A model generated the notes under the pieces. It did no database searches. It was not told the origin of the DNA and saw nothing but the letters and a program-made list of their open reading frames with translations. Positions 1 through 9,283 of a DNA stretch of 64,000 nucleotides are shown here, piece after piece. The DNA comes from Treponemataceae bacterium (GTDB lineage Bacteria > Spirochaetota > Spirochaetia > Treponematales > Treponemataceae), in contig JAXJWW010000104.1 of NCBI GenBank assembly GCA_036307825.1, positions 10,678-74,677 of the forward strand, read 5' to 3'. Each line of letters starts with the position of its first letter. Position 1 is the first letter of the stretch. A program made the position numbers and the translations under genes.

Positions 1-43
1 ATTTGAAAAAATTTGTTACTTTTTCAAATGTGCCTTTGCTGAT

Positions 44-310
44 ATGAAAGAAAGCACTAAAGCACAACATGAATTAGACAAAGCAAATTTTGAAGCAGCA
101 AAAGCAGAAGCTCGTGCAAATTTTGAAGAAAATAGATTCCACAATACTTTTAAGAAAGCAAAAGAAAATAGTAAGGAATCTTGGGAAAATGCAAAAATGA
201 GTCCAGCTGAAAGAACTCAAAAAATGCAACAAGAAAGAGAAGAAGCTATTAAAGCAGCACAAGAAAGAAAAGCCGCTGCTGATAAACGCTACGAAGAAGC
301 AAAAAAATAA
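44..310 (+). CDS. hypothetical small Lys/Glu/Ala-rich protein (predicted helical)
   Basis: 88-aa ORF followed 10 nt later by a hairpin plus T-run terminator. No recognisable motif. nt 2-28 upstream form a hairpin, so ATG 44 is taken as the start. Confidence 0.4.
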   Translation: MKESTKAQHELDKANFEAAKAEARANFEENRFHNTFKKAKENSKESWENAKMSPAERTQKMQQEREEAIKAAQERKAAADKRYEEAKK

Positions 311-320
311 TTTACAAAAA

Positions 321-353
321 AAGAGTGAGAAAAATTTCTCACTCTTTTTTTTT
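321..353 (+). terminator. rho-independent terminator
   Basis: AAGAGTGAGAAA / TTTCTCACTCTT stem followed by a T-run. Confidence 0.75.
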
Positions 354-461
354 GCAAAAATTTTACCACTTGAAAAACTGTGGATAAAAAGTTAGTATTT
401 TTCTAGTAATTGAATTCTAAAATCTTAATTACAAAGAAAAACAATTAAGGCAAATCAATAA

Positions 462-971
462 ATGAAAATTCGACAAATTCAATCTAAAGACGATGCGTTT
501 TTATTCAATTTAATTCGCAGTTGCTTGGAAGATGCAGATTTGAATATTCCAGGAACTGCATATTTTGATGAATCAATAAAAAAAATGAGTGAATTTTATC
601 TAAATAAAACTAGCAGAAATTATTTTGTTGTTACAGACGAAAATGACAAGGCTTTAGGTGGATGTGGTTTTGCAGAATTTGGCACCTACGATAAATCACT
701 TTCTAAAAAAGGTAATGACATCAAAGTTTGTGAACTTCAAAAATTATATATTTCAAAAGAAGCAAGACAAAAAGGATATTCATATCAACTTGTAAAACTT
801 GTAGAATCCGAATCTAAAAAAGCAGGTTACCACAAAATTTATTTAGAAACGCATCACAATTTGCCAGTTGCAAAACAACTTTATGAAAAACTAAATTACA
901 CACTTTTACAAACTGCCTTACCAGGTTCCGAACATTCCACAATGGATTATTTTTTTATAAAAGATTTGTAA
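462..971 (+). CDS. GNAT family N-acetyltransferase
   Basis: 169 aa. Acetyl-CoA binding motif A-like segment QKLYISKEARQKGYSYQLV. Size typical of GNAT. Confidence 0.7.
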   Translation: MKIRQIQSKDDAFLFNLIRSCLEDADLNIPGTAYFDESIKKMSEFYLNKTSRNYFVVTDENDKALGGCGFAEFGTYDKSLSKKGNDIKVCELQKLYISKEARQKGYSYQLVKLVESESKKAGYHKIYLETHHNLPVAKQLYEKLNYTLLQTALPGSEHSTMDYFFIKDL

Positions 972-1063
972 AAATCCTTTATAGTATTATATGTAATGCT
1001 TGAAAAACTAAACACTTTTACCTATACTAAAATAAGTAAGTAAAATTTTAATTTGAGGCTATA

Positions 1064-1525
1064 ATGAAAAAGAATTTTTTAGTAACAACATTTTTTTTAA
1101 TTCTTTCAACATTTCTTGTAGGTTGTTTATGTCCTGTTGGAAACCCTTGGGATTATGAGGATATTGTAGATAACAACACCCAAAATGCTTCACCTTATGA
1201 ACTATCTTCAGGTAAAGCATATTATGGTATTGCAAAAATTGGAAAAAACACAACCGGAAGTAGAAATGGATATAAATTTTCTGCAAAAACAAATGTACAT
1301 TGTCAATTTGCAGAAGAACTATCCTATGAAGCCGAATCTGATATTATCGTAAGAACATTAAATGAAGATGGAAGCATAAAAAATGAAGTAGAAATTACTT
1401 CAAAAAGAGAATTCGATGTTCCAGCAAACTCCACAGTATATATACATTTTTTTACTGAATATTATTTAACAAAAGACAAAAACTCAGGACCAACATACGC
1501 AGAATTTTATCTTTATGTAGACTAA
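1064..1525 (+). CDS. hypothetical lipoprotein
   Basis: Signal peptide with lipobox-like FLVGC. GAGG SD 7 nt upstream. No catalytic motif. Confidence 0.55.
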   Translation: MKKNFLVTTFFLILSTFLVGCLCPVGNPWDYEDIVDNNTQNASPYELSSGKAYYGIAKIGKNTTGSRNGYKFSAKTNVHCQFAEELSYEAESDIIVRTLNEDGSIKNEVEITSKREFDVPANSTVYIHFFTEYYLTKDKNSGPTYAEFYLYVD

Positions 1526-1558
1526 AAAATTATTCATAAATTAAATAATTTTGCACAT

Positions 1559-1592
1559 AAAAAAACAGCCTAGAGATTTTCTAGGCTGTTTT
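1559..1592. terminator. bidirectional rho-independent terminator (lipoprotein gene / tyrS)
   Basis: CAGCCTAG / CTAGGCTG stem flanked by an A-run on the left and a T-run on the right, between convergent genes. Confidence 0.75.
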
Positions 1593-1617
1593 CATTTTAA
1601 AGTATATTTCTAAAATC

Positions 1618-2853
1618 TTAAGCAAATTTTACGATATAGTTCTTTTTCTTTCCGCGACGAAGAACGATAACTTCACCTTCGATAGCAAGAGATTTTGTTA
1701 CCAAAAGATTTTCGTCTGTTACTTTATCACCATTCAAAGTGATAGAACCAGCGTTCAAAAATTCACGAGCTTCTCGTTTACTTGAACAAATTTTATTGTT
1801 TACAAGCAAATCGATTACAGTTGTGTTTTCATCAGTTAATTCAACAGTTGGAACATCTTTAAAACCGATTTTTACATCAGCTAAAGAAAGTTCTTTTACA
1901 TTTCCAGAGAATAAAGCATTACTGATATTTACAGCTTTTTCGTATTCAGCTGCTCCGTGTAAGTCTGTGATGATTTCACGAGCCAAAGCCTTGTGAGCCT
2001 CACGCAATTCTGGGTTTGCAGTATTTTTAGCATCAAGAGCTTCAATTTCTTCTTTTGATAAGAAAGTAAAAATCTTTAAGTAAGAAGTTACCATACTATC
2101 GTCAACATTGATTAAGTACTGATAAAGTTCGTAACTTGAAGTTTTGTTAATATCAAGCCACAAAGCATTTCCTGCAGATTTACCAAATTTGTTTCCGTAT
2201 TTGTCCAAAACCAAAGGCATTGTAAAGCCGTAAGCATCTTTTCCTTCGATTTTTCGAATCAATTCAAGACCAGTTGTAATATTTCCCCATTGGTCAGCAC
2301 CTTCGGCCTGAAGCACACAATTTTTTGTTCTAAAAAGATGTAAAAAGTCGTAACCCTGAATCAAAGTATAAGAAAATTCTGCAAAAGTAATTCCTGTTTC
2401 CAAACGACGAGAAATAATATCTTTTCCAAGCATATAACTTACATTGATGTACTTACCAATATCCCGCAAAAAGTCCAAGAAACTAAAATCTTTCATCCAA
2501 TCGTAATTGTTTACGATTTCAGCATTTCCTTCAAAGATTTTTAGAACTTGAGCCTTAATTCCTTCGATATTTTTTTCAACTGTTTCTTTTGCAATCAATT
2601 CTCGTTCTGCTGTTGGACGAGGGTCTCCAATCAATCCTGTTGCTCCACCAACCAACAAAATAGGATGATGCCCAGCTTTTGCCAAGCGTTTTGCAGTAAT
2701 CAAACTTGAGTAGTGGCCTAAGTGCAAAGAATCAGCAGTTGGGTCAGTTCCCCAATAAAATGAAATCTTTTCGTTATTTAATTTATCCTTAATGTCTTCT
2801 CCGGCAACATCTTTAATCAAACCGCGCCATTCTAAATCTTCGTATAAAGTCAT
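1618..2853 (-). CDS. tyrS: tyrosine--tRNA ligase
   Basis: HIGH-type HLGH and KMSKS-type KFGKS motifs, C-terminal S4-like domain. Start moved to the internal ATG (MTLYEDLEWRG) preceded by AGGAG. The track ORF extends to 2913. Confidence 0.9.
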   Translation of the reverse strand: MTLYEDLEWRGLIKDVAGEDIKDKLNNEKISFYWGTDPTADSLHLGHYSSLITAKRLAKAGHHPILLVGGATGLIGDPRPTAERELIAKETVEKNIEGIKAQVLKIFEGNAEIVNNYDWMKDFSFLDFLRDIGKYINVSYMLGKDIISRRLETGITFAEFSYTLIQGYDFLHLFRTKNCVLQAEGADQWGNITTGLELIRKIEGKDAYGFTMPLVLDKYGNKFGKSAGNALWLDINKTSSYELYQYLINVDDSMVTSYLKIFTFLSKEEIEALDAKNTANPELREAHKALAREIITDLHGAAEYEKAVNISNALFSGNVKELSLADVKIGFKDVPTVELTDENTTVIDLLVNNKICSSKREAREFLNAGSITLNGDKVTDENLLVTKSLAIEGEVIVLRRGKKKNYIVKFA

Positions 2854-2954
2854 AAATACTCCTAATTTCTTCCTTGTATTATAGATAATATCAAATTTTT
2901 TTATTCTTGTCATCGCTTCTTTTTATTCTTATTTGTAGACAAGTAAAAAAAAGA

Positions 2955-2963
2955 TGGTATAAT
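2955..2963 (+). promoter_or_regulatory. extended -10 promoter, candidate leaderless start
   Basis: TGgTATAAT. The hexamer ends 6 nt before ATG 2970. No SD. Confidence 0.5.
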
Positions 2964-2969
2964 ATAGGT

Positions 2970-3437
2970 ATGAAAACAATCAATAATAATAAATTATTTA
3001 AAATCACTCTTTTAATTTTAACTTTTTCGTTATTTGTACTTCCACTTTTTGCAAAGGAAACAAAATTTGACGAAGTAAAAACCTCTAAACGATTTATTTC
3101 CGATGTAGAAAAAATTACAGGTAAACTCTCTGACGAAGAAAAATCAATTGCTCGATTTTCTTTTAGAAATTCATTTACTTCTTTAGGATACAATTGGATT
3201 GGCAACTTAGATATTGATAAAGCTTCTAAAGAACTTACAAAGGAAGATTACAAGCTAGTTGTAGAGAAAGCTGCAAGTCTTACCAAAAATCCAGCTTCAC
3301 AAGGAGCTCTTAAATTAGGAAAAGCTGGCGAAAAAATATTAAAAGCATTAGCAAACTCAACAGAAAAGGCATTTAAAGCTGGCAAAAAATGGGTAAACGA
3401 AAACGCAGAAGAATTCGATAAAAAATATAGTGAATAG
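2970..3437 (+). CDS. hypothetical secreted protein
   Basis: Internal ATG gives MKTINNNKLFKITLLILTFSLFVLPLFA signal peptide. The track ORF from 2907 overlaps the tyrS 5' region. Confidence 0.55.
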   Translation: MKTINNNKLFKITLLILTFSLFVLPLFAKETKFDEVKTSKRFISDVEKITGKLSDEEKSIARFSFRNSFTSLGYNWIGNLDIDKASKELTKEDYKLVVEKAASLTKNPASQGALKLGKAGEKILKALANSTEKAFKAGKKWVNENAEEFDKKYSE

Positions 3438-3461
3438 AAATAATACTAATGGAGATTTAGT

Positions 3462-4010
3462 ATGTTAAAGAAAATTTTATTTGTAATTGTAATTTCTATT
3501 TCATTTTTTTCTTGTGAATTTCTCTTAGAACCCAATGTACCAATAAACTATATCAATTACACAATCATAGACTGCCCAACTGAAATTGTTTCTCGTGCTT
3601 TCAAATTTGCAGAACTTTACGAAAAAGAAAATACAGTTTACGAATGGGGCGGTGAAGATCCTTTACGAAACACTATCGGAATTGATTGCTCTGGTCTTGT
3701 GATTATGTGTTACAAATATGCTATGGTAGATACTTCATATAAATTGATAAATGAAGATATGACTGCTCAAAACATTCACGATTACGCTTCTACAAAAAAA
3801 TCCGTAAATTCCGTTCAAAAAGGCGATTTAGTTTTTATCGGCACAGAAGGCAGTAAAGAAATTACACACATCGGATTTTTTGAAAAATACGAAAATAACA
3901 AAGTTTATATACTAGATAGTTCCTCAGACTCAAACGGAGTTCATTACAACACATATCCAGTCGATTCTAAAAAAATCAAAGGATATGGCAGAATGAAACT
4001 TAAGTATTAA
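3462..4010 (+). CDS. NlpC/P60 family cell-wall peptidase (lipoprotein)
   Basis: Catalytic Cys context GIDCSGLV and His context ITHIGFF. N-terminal signal with FFSC lipobox. Confidence 0.75.
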   Translation: MLKKILFVIVISISFFSCEFLLEPNVPINYINYTIIDCPTEIVSRAFKFAELYEKENTVYEWGGEDPLRNTIGIDCSGLVIMCYKYAMVDTSYKLINEDMTAQNIHDYASTKKSVNSVQKGDLVFIGTEGSKEITHIGFFEKYENNKVYILDSSSDSNGVHYNTYPVDSKKIKGYGRMKLKY

Positions 4011-5796
4011 CCGCATCCACTTCACAACTGTAATACTCTTCTAGTTTTTCTCTACTTAAAATAAAAACTTGCTCTAGTTTTGGGTCAAAGTGGCTTCCCA
4101 TAGAATCAATCATAACACTATATGCTTGTTCAAAACTCATTGGTTCTTTGTAACATCGTTTACTTACCAAGGCATCATAAACATCAGCTATTGCCATAAT
4201 TCTTGACTCTAAAGGAATATCTTCGCATTTTAATTTATCAGGATATCCCATTCCATTCCACTTTTCGTGATGATGTTTTGCTACATTAGTTGCAACTTTT
4301 ACAAAATGTTCTTCTTCAACTCCGTTTAAGATTTTTTCAACAAGTTGTGCACTTTTTATAACATGAGATTGCATAATAGAAAATTCTTCATCAGTTAATT
4401 TTCCAGGCTTTCGTAAAATTTTATCATCAATTCCGATTTTACCCAAATCGTGCATCGGAGCAGCTTTAATTAAATCTTCGCAAAATTCATCACTTAGTTG
4501 TAAAATATTTTTTTCACGAATTACATCAATTAAAATTCTGATAACATCACTTGTGCGTTTAATATGACCGCCGGTACTATCATCTCGATTTTCTACAACA
4601 CTAGCAATTCCCAAAAGAATTTGCGATTGAATATTTTGAATGTGCTGAATTTTATCTCTGATTCTTTCTTCCAAATTAAAATTATGAGAAGACATCATTT
4701 CAAGATATTTCCATTTTTCAGTTTCTTCGTGAAGTTCGATAATGTAGCCACAAGCTTTTTCTTTGTACCAAATTCGGTCTATCATACATTGATAATGCTT
4801 TTCGTCATTTTCAAAAGTAAAATCATTTGAAGAACGCTTTGTATATTCTTTTATCCAATCTAAAAAGATTTTCATTTTTGGAACATTATCAACTTGAGAA
4901 TCTACAATACAATCTTTTAAGGCTGGAACAATTTTTTGTGCAACTGGATTACATCCAAGATAATTATTTTTATTATCAAAAACGATGTAACCATAAGATT
5001 CTTGTTTTTCCAAAGAACTGTTTACGCAATCTTTTATGTCGTACATTGCAGTTCGTCGATGAATGTACAAAAGAAACCATCCGTCTAAAACAAACATCAC
5101 CGCCATAATTTCAAAAGGAAAATTCAATGCTTTAGAAATAATGAACAACAAAGTATTTACAATTTCAACTAAAAATAAAGTTAAAACACTTTTTTTAGAA
5201 ACATTTTGTTTTTTGAAAAAGCTATAAAGCAAGGTTGAAATTCCCATAATAATATAGCCGTAAATAATTATGTAAAAAGTAAAATGTCCTATTCCGTATT
5301 CGTAATTAAGAATTGAACAGCCATAAAGTGAAGTCAAGGAAAAATCTTTTTTGTAATAAATTTCGCTAAATCCAGTTGATAAAACCATGATGTAAACCAA
5401 AAGACTGAAGGCATACAATGAATTTTTTATCCAACCTTTTAGTTTTAAATTACAAACAGCACAAATTAAAAAGAACAAAACTGGAGAAACAAAACATCCT
5501 CCAACATAAATTATTTTATTTGCTAAAATTGCTTCCGAAACAGATGATGAAGTTGCTCCTGCCAAATAACCAAGACAAGAAATTAACATCAATAAAAAAA
5601 GTATTGTAAAATAATAATTTATTCTTTTTCCTTCAAGACGAAAAATAAAAACAATAAAATTTATCAAAACAAGTAATGTTGTAATTATATAATATGGAAG
5701 CAAAATCTTTCTCCAATAAAATAAGATAACTAATAATAATATTTTATCATACAAATAAAATTTTTGGTAAAAAAAATATAAACAATTTTTATACAA
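4000..5796 (-). CDS. membrane-anchored HD-GYP domain protein (putative c-di-GMP phosphodiesterase)
   Basis: Multi-TM N-terminal half. C-terminal HDLGK ... HHEKWNGMGYP (HD-GYP signature). Start codon uncertain (TTG in track). Confidence 0.8.
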   Translation of the reverse strand: MYKNCLYFFYQKFYLYDKILLLVILFYWRKILLPYYIITTLLVLINFIVFIFRLEGKRINYYFTILFLLMLISCLGYLAGATSSSVSEAILANKIIYVGGCFVSPVLFFLICAVCNLKLKGWIKNSLYAFSLLVYIMVLSTGFSEIYYKKDFSLTSLYGCSILNYEYGIGHFTFYIIIYGYIIMGISTLLYSFFKKQNVSKKSVLTLFLVEIVNTLLFIISKALNFPFEIMAVMFVLDGWFLLYIHRRTAMYDIKDCVNSSLEKQESYGYIVFDNKNNYLGCNPVAQKIVPALKDCIVDSQVDNVPKMKIFLDWIKEYTKRSSNDFTFENDEKHYQCMIDRIWYKEKACGYIIELHEETEKWKYLEMMSSHNFNLEERIRDKIQHIQNIQSQILLGIASVVENRDDSTGGHIKRTSDVIRILIDVIREKNILQLSDEFCEDLIKAAPMHDLGKIGIDDKILRKPGKLTDEEFSIMQSHVIKSAQLVEKILNGVEEEHFVKVATNVAKHHHEKWNGMGYPDKLKCEDIPLESRIMAIADVYDALVSKRCYKEPMSFEQAYSVMIDSMGSHFDPKLEQVFILSREKLEEYYSCEVDAVNT

Positions 5797-5851
5797 AATT
5801 TAATTTAAATTACATCTTTACAGAAAATGTCATTTAGGATAAAGTAAAATC

Positions 5852-6574
5852 ATGTTTGTAAAATTTGAATATCAACCGCTTATTGAAGATTTTTATAACA
5901 ATGGCGAAATGAAAATCGAAACTATATTAAAGATTTTGGAAAATTCAGGAAATCGCCATTCTGATACTGCAGGAGATTACATCCTACAAAGTAGTAGCAA
6001 TGGATTTGCTTGGGTCTTAACAGACTGGCTTGTTAATATTGATTTTTATCCAAAGTACGGAGATAAGATTCATGCAATTACTTGGAGTCAAGGTGTAACT
6101 TCCCTTTTCGGAACTTCAAGAGATTTTGAACTTTACTGCAACGATAAACTTTGCGCAAAAGGAACAACTCGTTGGGTTTACTTTGACATGAACTCTGGTC
6201 GTCCAACAAAAATTTCAGATGAACTTTTAGCAAAATATGAGCCAGAAAAAAAATCCGATTTTGAAGCTAAACTTGCCAAAATTCAAGAACCTGAAACTTT
6301 TACAACTGAAATCGAAATTCAACCTCGCCGAAACGACATCGATTTTAATCATCATGTTCACAATCTAGTTTATGTTGATTATGCCATGGATGCTTTAAAT
6401 GAAGAATTTTACAAAAATCATAACTTCAAAAAAATAAGAATCACTTACAAAAGTGCGGTTGTTGCAGGAGAAAAATTAAAAGTAAAATCAGTTTCAAATC
6501 AAGACACTCACACAGTTTGTATTTACAACGAACAAGGCGAACTTAAAACTTTGTTAGAGTTTGATGAAAGGTAG
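5852..6574 (+). CDS. acyl-ACP thioesterase family protein
   Basis: 240 aa double hot-dog layout. RRNDIDFNHHVHNLVY resembles the conserved R..D.D.N.HVNN.Y block. Confidence 0.7.
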   Translation: MFVKFEYQPLIEDFYNNGEMKIETILKILENSGNRHSDTAGDYILQSSSNGFAWVLTDWLVNIDFYPKYGDKIHAITWSQGVTSLFGTSRDFELYCNDKLCAKGTTRWVYFDMNSGRPTKISDELLAKYEPEKKSDFEAKLAKIQEPETFTTEIEIQPRRNDIDFNHHVHNLVYVDYAMDALNEEFYKNHNFKKIRITYKSAVVAGEKLKVKSVSNQDTHTVCIYNEQGELKTLLEFDER

Positions 6575-6602
6575 AGTTTCATAAAATTTTTTTACCTAAT
6601 GC

Positions 6603-6639
6603 TGTCCCTAGATTAAAATTTTCTAGGGACATTTTTTTT
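6603..6639. terminator. rho-independent terminator between convergent genes
   Basis: TGTCCCTAG / CTAGGGACA stem followed by T8. Overlaps the stop of the minus-strand gene. Confidence 0.75.
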
Positions 6640-7327
6640 ACAAACGAAATTTTTTTAATTCTTCTTTTTGGTCTTTTGTAATTCTAAAACTTTCCTTTGC
6701 TTTTTGAATTGTTTTGTTATGTGTCCATTCATCAAGAGAATAATTTTTTATGTAAGGAAAAGTTTGTTCGTATTGTTTTGCAAGAGCAGTTGCAAAAAAC
6801 CAGGCTCTCATCATATTGATATAATATTCTTCAGAATTTATTGAAACAACTAAATCTAAATATTTTGTTTCAAATTTTTCGTCTAAGAAATATCGCATTA
6901 ACATTCCGATTGCAAAACGAACAGTATAAACTGTATCTGAATTTATCCATTGATAAATTTTTTCCAAAAGTTTTTCGTAATTGGTTTTGAAAATTTTTGG
7001 ATTTAACATATCGCAAGTTGCCCAGTTATCAATGTAGGGTAAAAAATTTTCAAGATAAAAAATACATTCATCAAAATTATTTATCTTTTCAATTAAAAAA
7101 GCGTGAATATTATTTTCTTCATAAAATTCGTGAGGAAGATTTTTCAAAAATGAATTTAAACTTTCTATAGAATTTTCTTTAAAAAGTTTTTTTGCGTAAT
7201 CTCTCAAAACTGGAACACGAACTCCAATAATTGAATTTGAATTTATCGTAGGCATCAACTTACTATGAAAATCTTTGTAAGTTTTATCCTGCATTGATAA
7301 CAATTCATTTTTTATTTTTTTAATCAT
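6638..7327 (-). CDS. DNA alkylation repair protein (AlkD-like HEAT-repeat family)
   Basis: 229 aa. N-terminal YKDFHSKLMPT...IGVRVPVLR and NWATCD blocks typical of the family. Confidence 0.65.
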   Translation of the reverse strand: MIKKIKNELLSMQDKTYKDFHSKLMPTINSNSIIGVRVPVLRDYAKKLFKENSIESLNSFLKNLPHEFYEENNIHAFLIEKINNFDECIFYLENFLPYIDNWATCDMLNPKIFKTNYEKLLEKIYQWINSDTVYTVRFAIGMLMRYFLDEKFETKYLDLVVSINSEEYYINMMRAWFFATALAKQYEQTFPYIKNYSLDEWTHNKTIQKAKESFRITKDQKEELKKFRL

Positions 7328-7860
7328 TTAATTTTTTCTAAAATTTTTGAAGAAAAATAATAACTGATTGCGCCAAAAACAATTCCACACAAAGCTCCAC
7401 ACAAAACATCAGTTGGAAAATGTACATACAAATACATTCTAGAAAATCCAATTAAACATGCAAGAATTAAAGACGGAATCCACCATTTATTTTTTGCAAG
7501 AAATAAAATTATTACAAATGAAAATCCACAAGCAGTATGTCCTGATGGAAATGAAAAATCTTTTGGTGCTTTTATCAAAAGTTCAACAACTGGATTTTGC
7601 ATAAATGGACGAGGACGAGCAATAACAGGTTTTAAAATCAACTGATAAATAACATAAGCAAACAAAATAGAGATTAAAAGTTGAATACCAAGTTTTCTTG
7701 TCTTTTTGAAAAATAGTAAAATCACACTAATTAAAATCCAAATAAAACCCACATCACCAAGAGAAGTGATAAATGGCATTACTACATCAAGAAAACCACA
7801 TCTAAAATTTTCTTGAATAAAATTGATAATAGAAAAATCAAATTGTGTAATTGCGTTCAT
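7324..7860 (-). CDS. PAP2 family phosphatase (undecaprenyl-diphosphatase-like)
   Basis: KxxxxxxRP (KPVIARPRP), PSGH and SRMYLYVHFPTD acid-phosphatase motifs. Multi-TM. ATGA overlap with the downstream gene. Confidence 0.8.
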   Translation of the reverse strand: MNAITQFDFSIINFIQENFRCGFLDVVMPFITSLGDVGFIWILISVILLFFKKTRKLGIQLLISILFAYVIYQLILKPVIARPRPFMQNPVVELLIKAPKDFSFPSGHTACGFSFVIILFLAKNKWWIPSLILACLIGFSRMYLYVHFPTDVLCGALCGIVFGAISYYFSSKILEKIK

Positions 7861-7871
7861 AAAAAATCCTT

Positions 7872-8912
7872 CTATAATAAATTACAAAGTTCGTCAACTT
7901 GTTTTTGTGTTGTTGCCCAACTTGTTGCAAATCGAACAACAGTATGAGTTTTATCAAATTTTTGCCAGTAACTAAATGAAACAGATTTTTTCAATTCTTC
8001 CATTTTAGAATTTTCTAACACAATAAATTTTTGGTTAGTTGGTGAATTTATAAAAATTCTATAACCTTTTTCGATAAAAGTTTTTTCAATTTTATCTGCC
8101 ATCAAAATTGCGTTGTCAGAAATTTTAAAATATAAATCATCTGAAAAAAGTGTGTCAAATTGCAAACCTAAAACCCAACCTTTTGCAAGCAAGGCGCCAC
8201 TTTGTTTTATCAAGGTAAAAAAATGAGGAACTAAATTTTCTTGAGTAAAAACAACTGCTTCACCAAACATGGCACCAACTTTTGTTCCGCCTATATAAAA
8301 TGCGTGAGCATATTTTGCAATATCTTTTAAAGTTACATTTTCATTTTGATTTTTACTTGCAGAAATTCCGTAACCTAATCTTGCACCATCAATGTATAAT
8401 TTCAAATTGTATTGGTCGCAAATTTTTCTAATTGATTTTAATTCTTCCAAAGAATAAATTGTTCCAAATTCAGTTGGAAAAGAAATATACACAACACCCG
8501 GTTTTACAATGTGTGCGTTATTTTCATCATCATAATAATTTTGCAAATATAAAAGTAAATCCTTACAAGAAATTTTTCCGTCGTAGTTTGGAAGCATCGT
8601 AACTTTATGACCTTTAGCTTCGATTGCACCTGCTTCATGTTCGGTGATATGTCCTGTGTTTGCAGAAATCACAGTTTCATATTTATTTAAAAGCGCGTCC
8701 AAAACTGTAGCATTAGTTTGAGTTCCTCCAACTAAAAAATAAATTTCTGCCTTTGGACAATCACAAGCCTTACGGATTTTTTCTTTTGCACTTTCACAAA
8801 TTTCATCACAACCATATCCTGTCATTTTTTCAAAATTGATTTTTTGCAATCTTTCCAAAATTAAAGGATGACAACCTTCCATATAATCGCTATCAAATCG
8901 TAAAATACTCAT
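7872..8912 (-). CDS. threonine aldolase / beta-eliminating lyase family PLP enzyme
   Basis: 346 aa. N-terminal FDSDYMEGCHP and GGTKVGAMFGEA (PLP-Lys region) resemble low-specificity threonine aldolases. Confidence 0.6.
   Translation of the reverse strand: MSILRFDSDYMEGCHPLILERLQKINFEKMTGYGCDEICESAKEKIRKACDCPKAEIYFLVGGTQTNATVLDALLNKYETVISANTGHITEHEAGAIEAKGHKVTMLPNYDGKISCKDLLLYLQNYYDDENNAHIVKPGVVYISFPTEFGTIYSLEELKSIRKICDQYNLKLYIDGARLGYGISASKNQNENVTLKDIAKYAHAFYIGGTKVGAMFGEAVVFTQENLVPHFFTLIKQSGALLAKGWVLGLQFDTLFSDDLYFKISDNAILMADKIEKTFIEKGYRIFINSPTNQKFIVLENSKMEELKKSVSFSYWQKFDKTHTVVRFATSWATTQKQVDELCNLL
8882..8912. repeat. direct repeat copy 1 (first 31 nt of the aldolase-like gene)
   Basis: tataatcGctatcaaatcgtaaAAtaCtcat matches 9322-9352 at 27 of 31 positions. 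Confidence 0.85.
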
Positions 8913-8918
8913 GCTGTA

Positions 8919-8947
8919 ATTTTATATTGTTGTTTGATTTATAGCAA
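8919..8947 (-). promoter_or_regulatory. sigma70-like promoter, candidate leaderless start of the aldolase-like gene
   Basis: TTGCTA-17-TAAAAT on the minus strand. 6-nt gap to ATG 8912. No SD. Confidence 0.5.
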
Positions 8948-8973
8948 GAAGAAAGTAAAAATGCAAAATGCAC

Positions 8974-9002
8974 TTTACAAAATAATAGTATTTATTTATA
9001 AT
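8974..9002 (+). promoter_or_regulatory. near-consensus promoter for the small toxin-like ORF
   Basis: TTTACA-17-TATAAT. Predicted TSS about 9009-9011, immediately before the left inverted repeat. Confidence 0.5.
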
Positions 9003-9011
9003 TGATTTATT

Positions 9012-9028
9012 GGAAATGCCTAAGTTCA
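9012..9028. repeat. left arm of 17-nt inverted repeat
   Basis: ggaaatgccTaagttca is the reverse complement of 9258-9274 with 1 mismatch. Confidence 0.85.
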
Positions 9029-9086
9029 GGCGGTGTCTCCCAACTCAATCAGCATTATGCTGAAATAAAGACTAGGGAGGCTAACT

Positions 9087-9188
9087 ATGACTTGTGAAAT
9101 GATTATTAGTTTAGTAACTTGTGTTGCAACTATAATCGGAACAGTTGTAGCTCTGCTTTCTTACCTAAAAAAGAAAGATAAAGAGTAA
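9087..9188 (+). CDS. 33-aa hydrophobic peptide, candidate type I toxin
   Basis: MTCEMIISLVTCVATIIGTVVALLSYLKKKDKE: one TM helix plus a Lys-rich tail. AGGGAGG SD 6 nt upstream. Own promoter and terminator. Below the ORF-track size cutoff. Confidence 0.5.
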   Translation: MTCEMIISLVTCVATIIGTVVALLSYLKKKDKE

Positions 9189-9195
9189 AAAAATA

Positions 9196-9231
9196 AAACC
9201 GCCATAGTCCTCGAAACTCTTGGCGGTTTTT
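9196..9231. terminator. bidirectional terminator hairpin
   Basis: AAACCGCCA / TGGCGGTTT stem. T5 follows on plus, T7-rich tract on minus. Confidence 0.65.
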
Positions 9232-9257
9232 AACCAACAACGTGGAGATGACCAAAT

Positions 9258-9274
9258 TGAACTTTGGCATTTCC
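9258..9274. repeat. right arm of 17-nt inverted repeat
   Basis: tgaacttTggcatttcc followed by tcttttttt. Pairs with 9012-9028. Confidence 0.85.
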
Positions 9275-9283
9275 TCTTTTTTT

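Larger units (their letters stand above)
9187..9277 (-). ncRNA. putative antisense sRNA convergent with the toxin-like ORF
   Basis: Minus-strand promoter at 9284-9312. The shared hairpin 9196-9229 is followed by U7 in the minus orientation. Would overlap the ORF stop and the 3' end of the mRNA. Purely predicted. Confidence 0.3.

Noticed and set aside
74-262. Many 60-140-aa ORFs in the supplied track lie antisense to, or out of frame within, larger well-supported genes. Examples: 74..262, 1739..1996, 4564..5108, 10154..11212, 16133..16555, 25116..26138, 27088..27806, 32670..33092, 33461..34517, 43848..44264, 54598..54870, 61504..61734, 63238..63435.
   Set aside because: They are low-complexity, Phe/Lys/Ile/Asn-rich translations typical of shadow frames in AT-rich DNA. 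They have no SD or promoter geometry and are fully embedded in genes with clear motifs.
2854-2913. N-terminal extensions of track ORFs: tyrS to 2913, mnmG to 35171, the methyltransferase from 57298, the fprA-like gene from 48769, the membrane protein from 17780, parB to 56585
   Set aside because: Internal starts are preceded by a proper SD or by the -10/6-nt geometry and give canonical N-termini. The extensions overlap neighbouring genes or promoters.
2854-2969. Possible T-box leader upstream of tyrS
   Set aside because: Only 116 nt separate tyrS from the divergent gene, the AGGAG SD lies directly before the ATG, and no T-box motif or specifier/antiterminator structure is visible.
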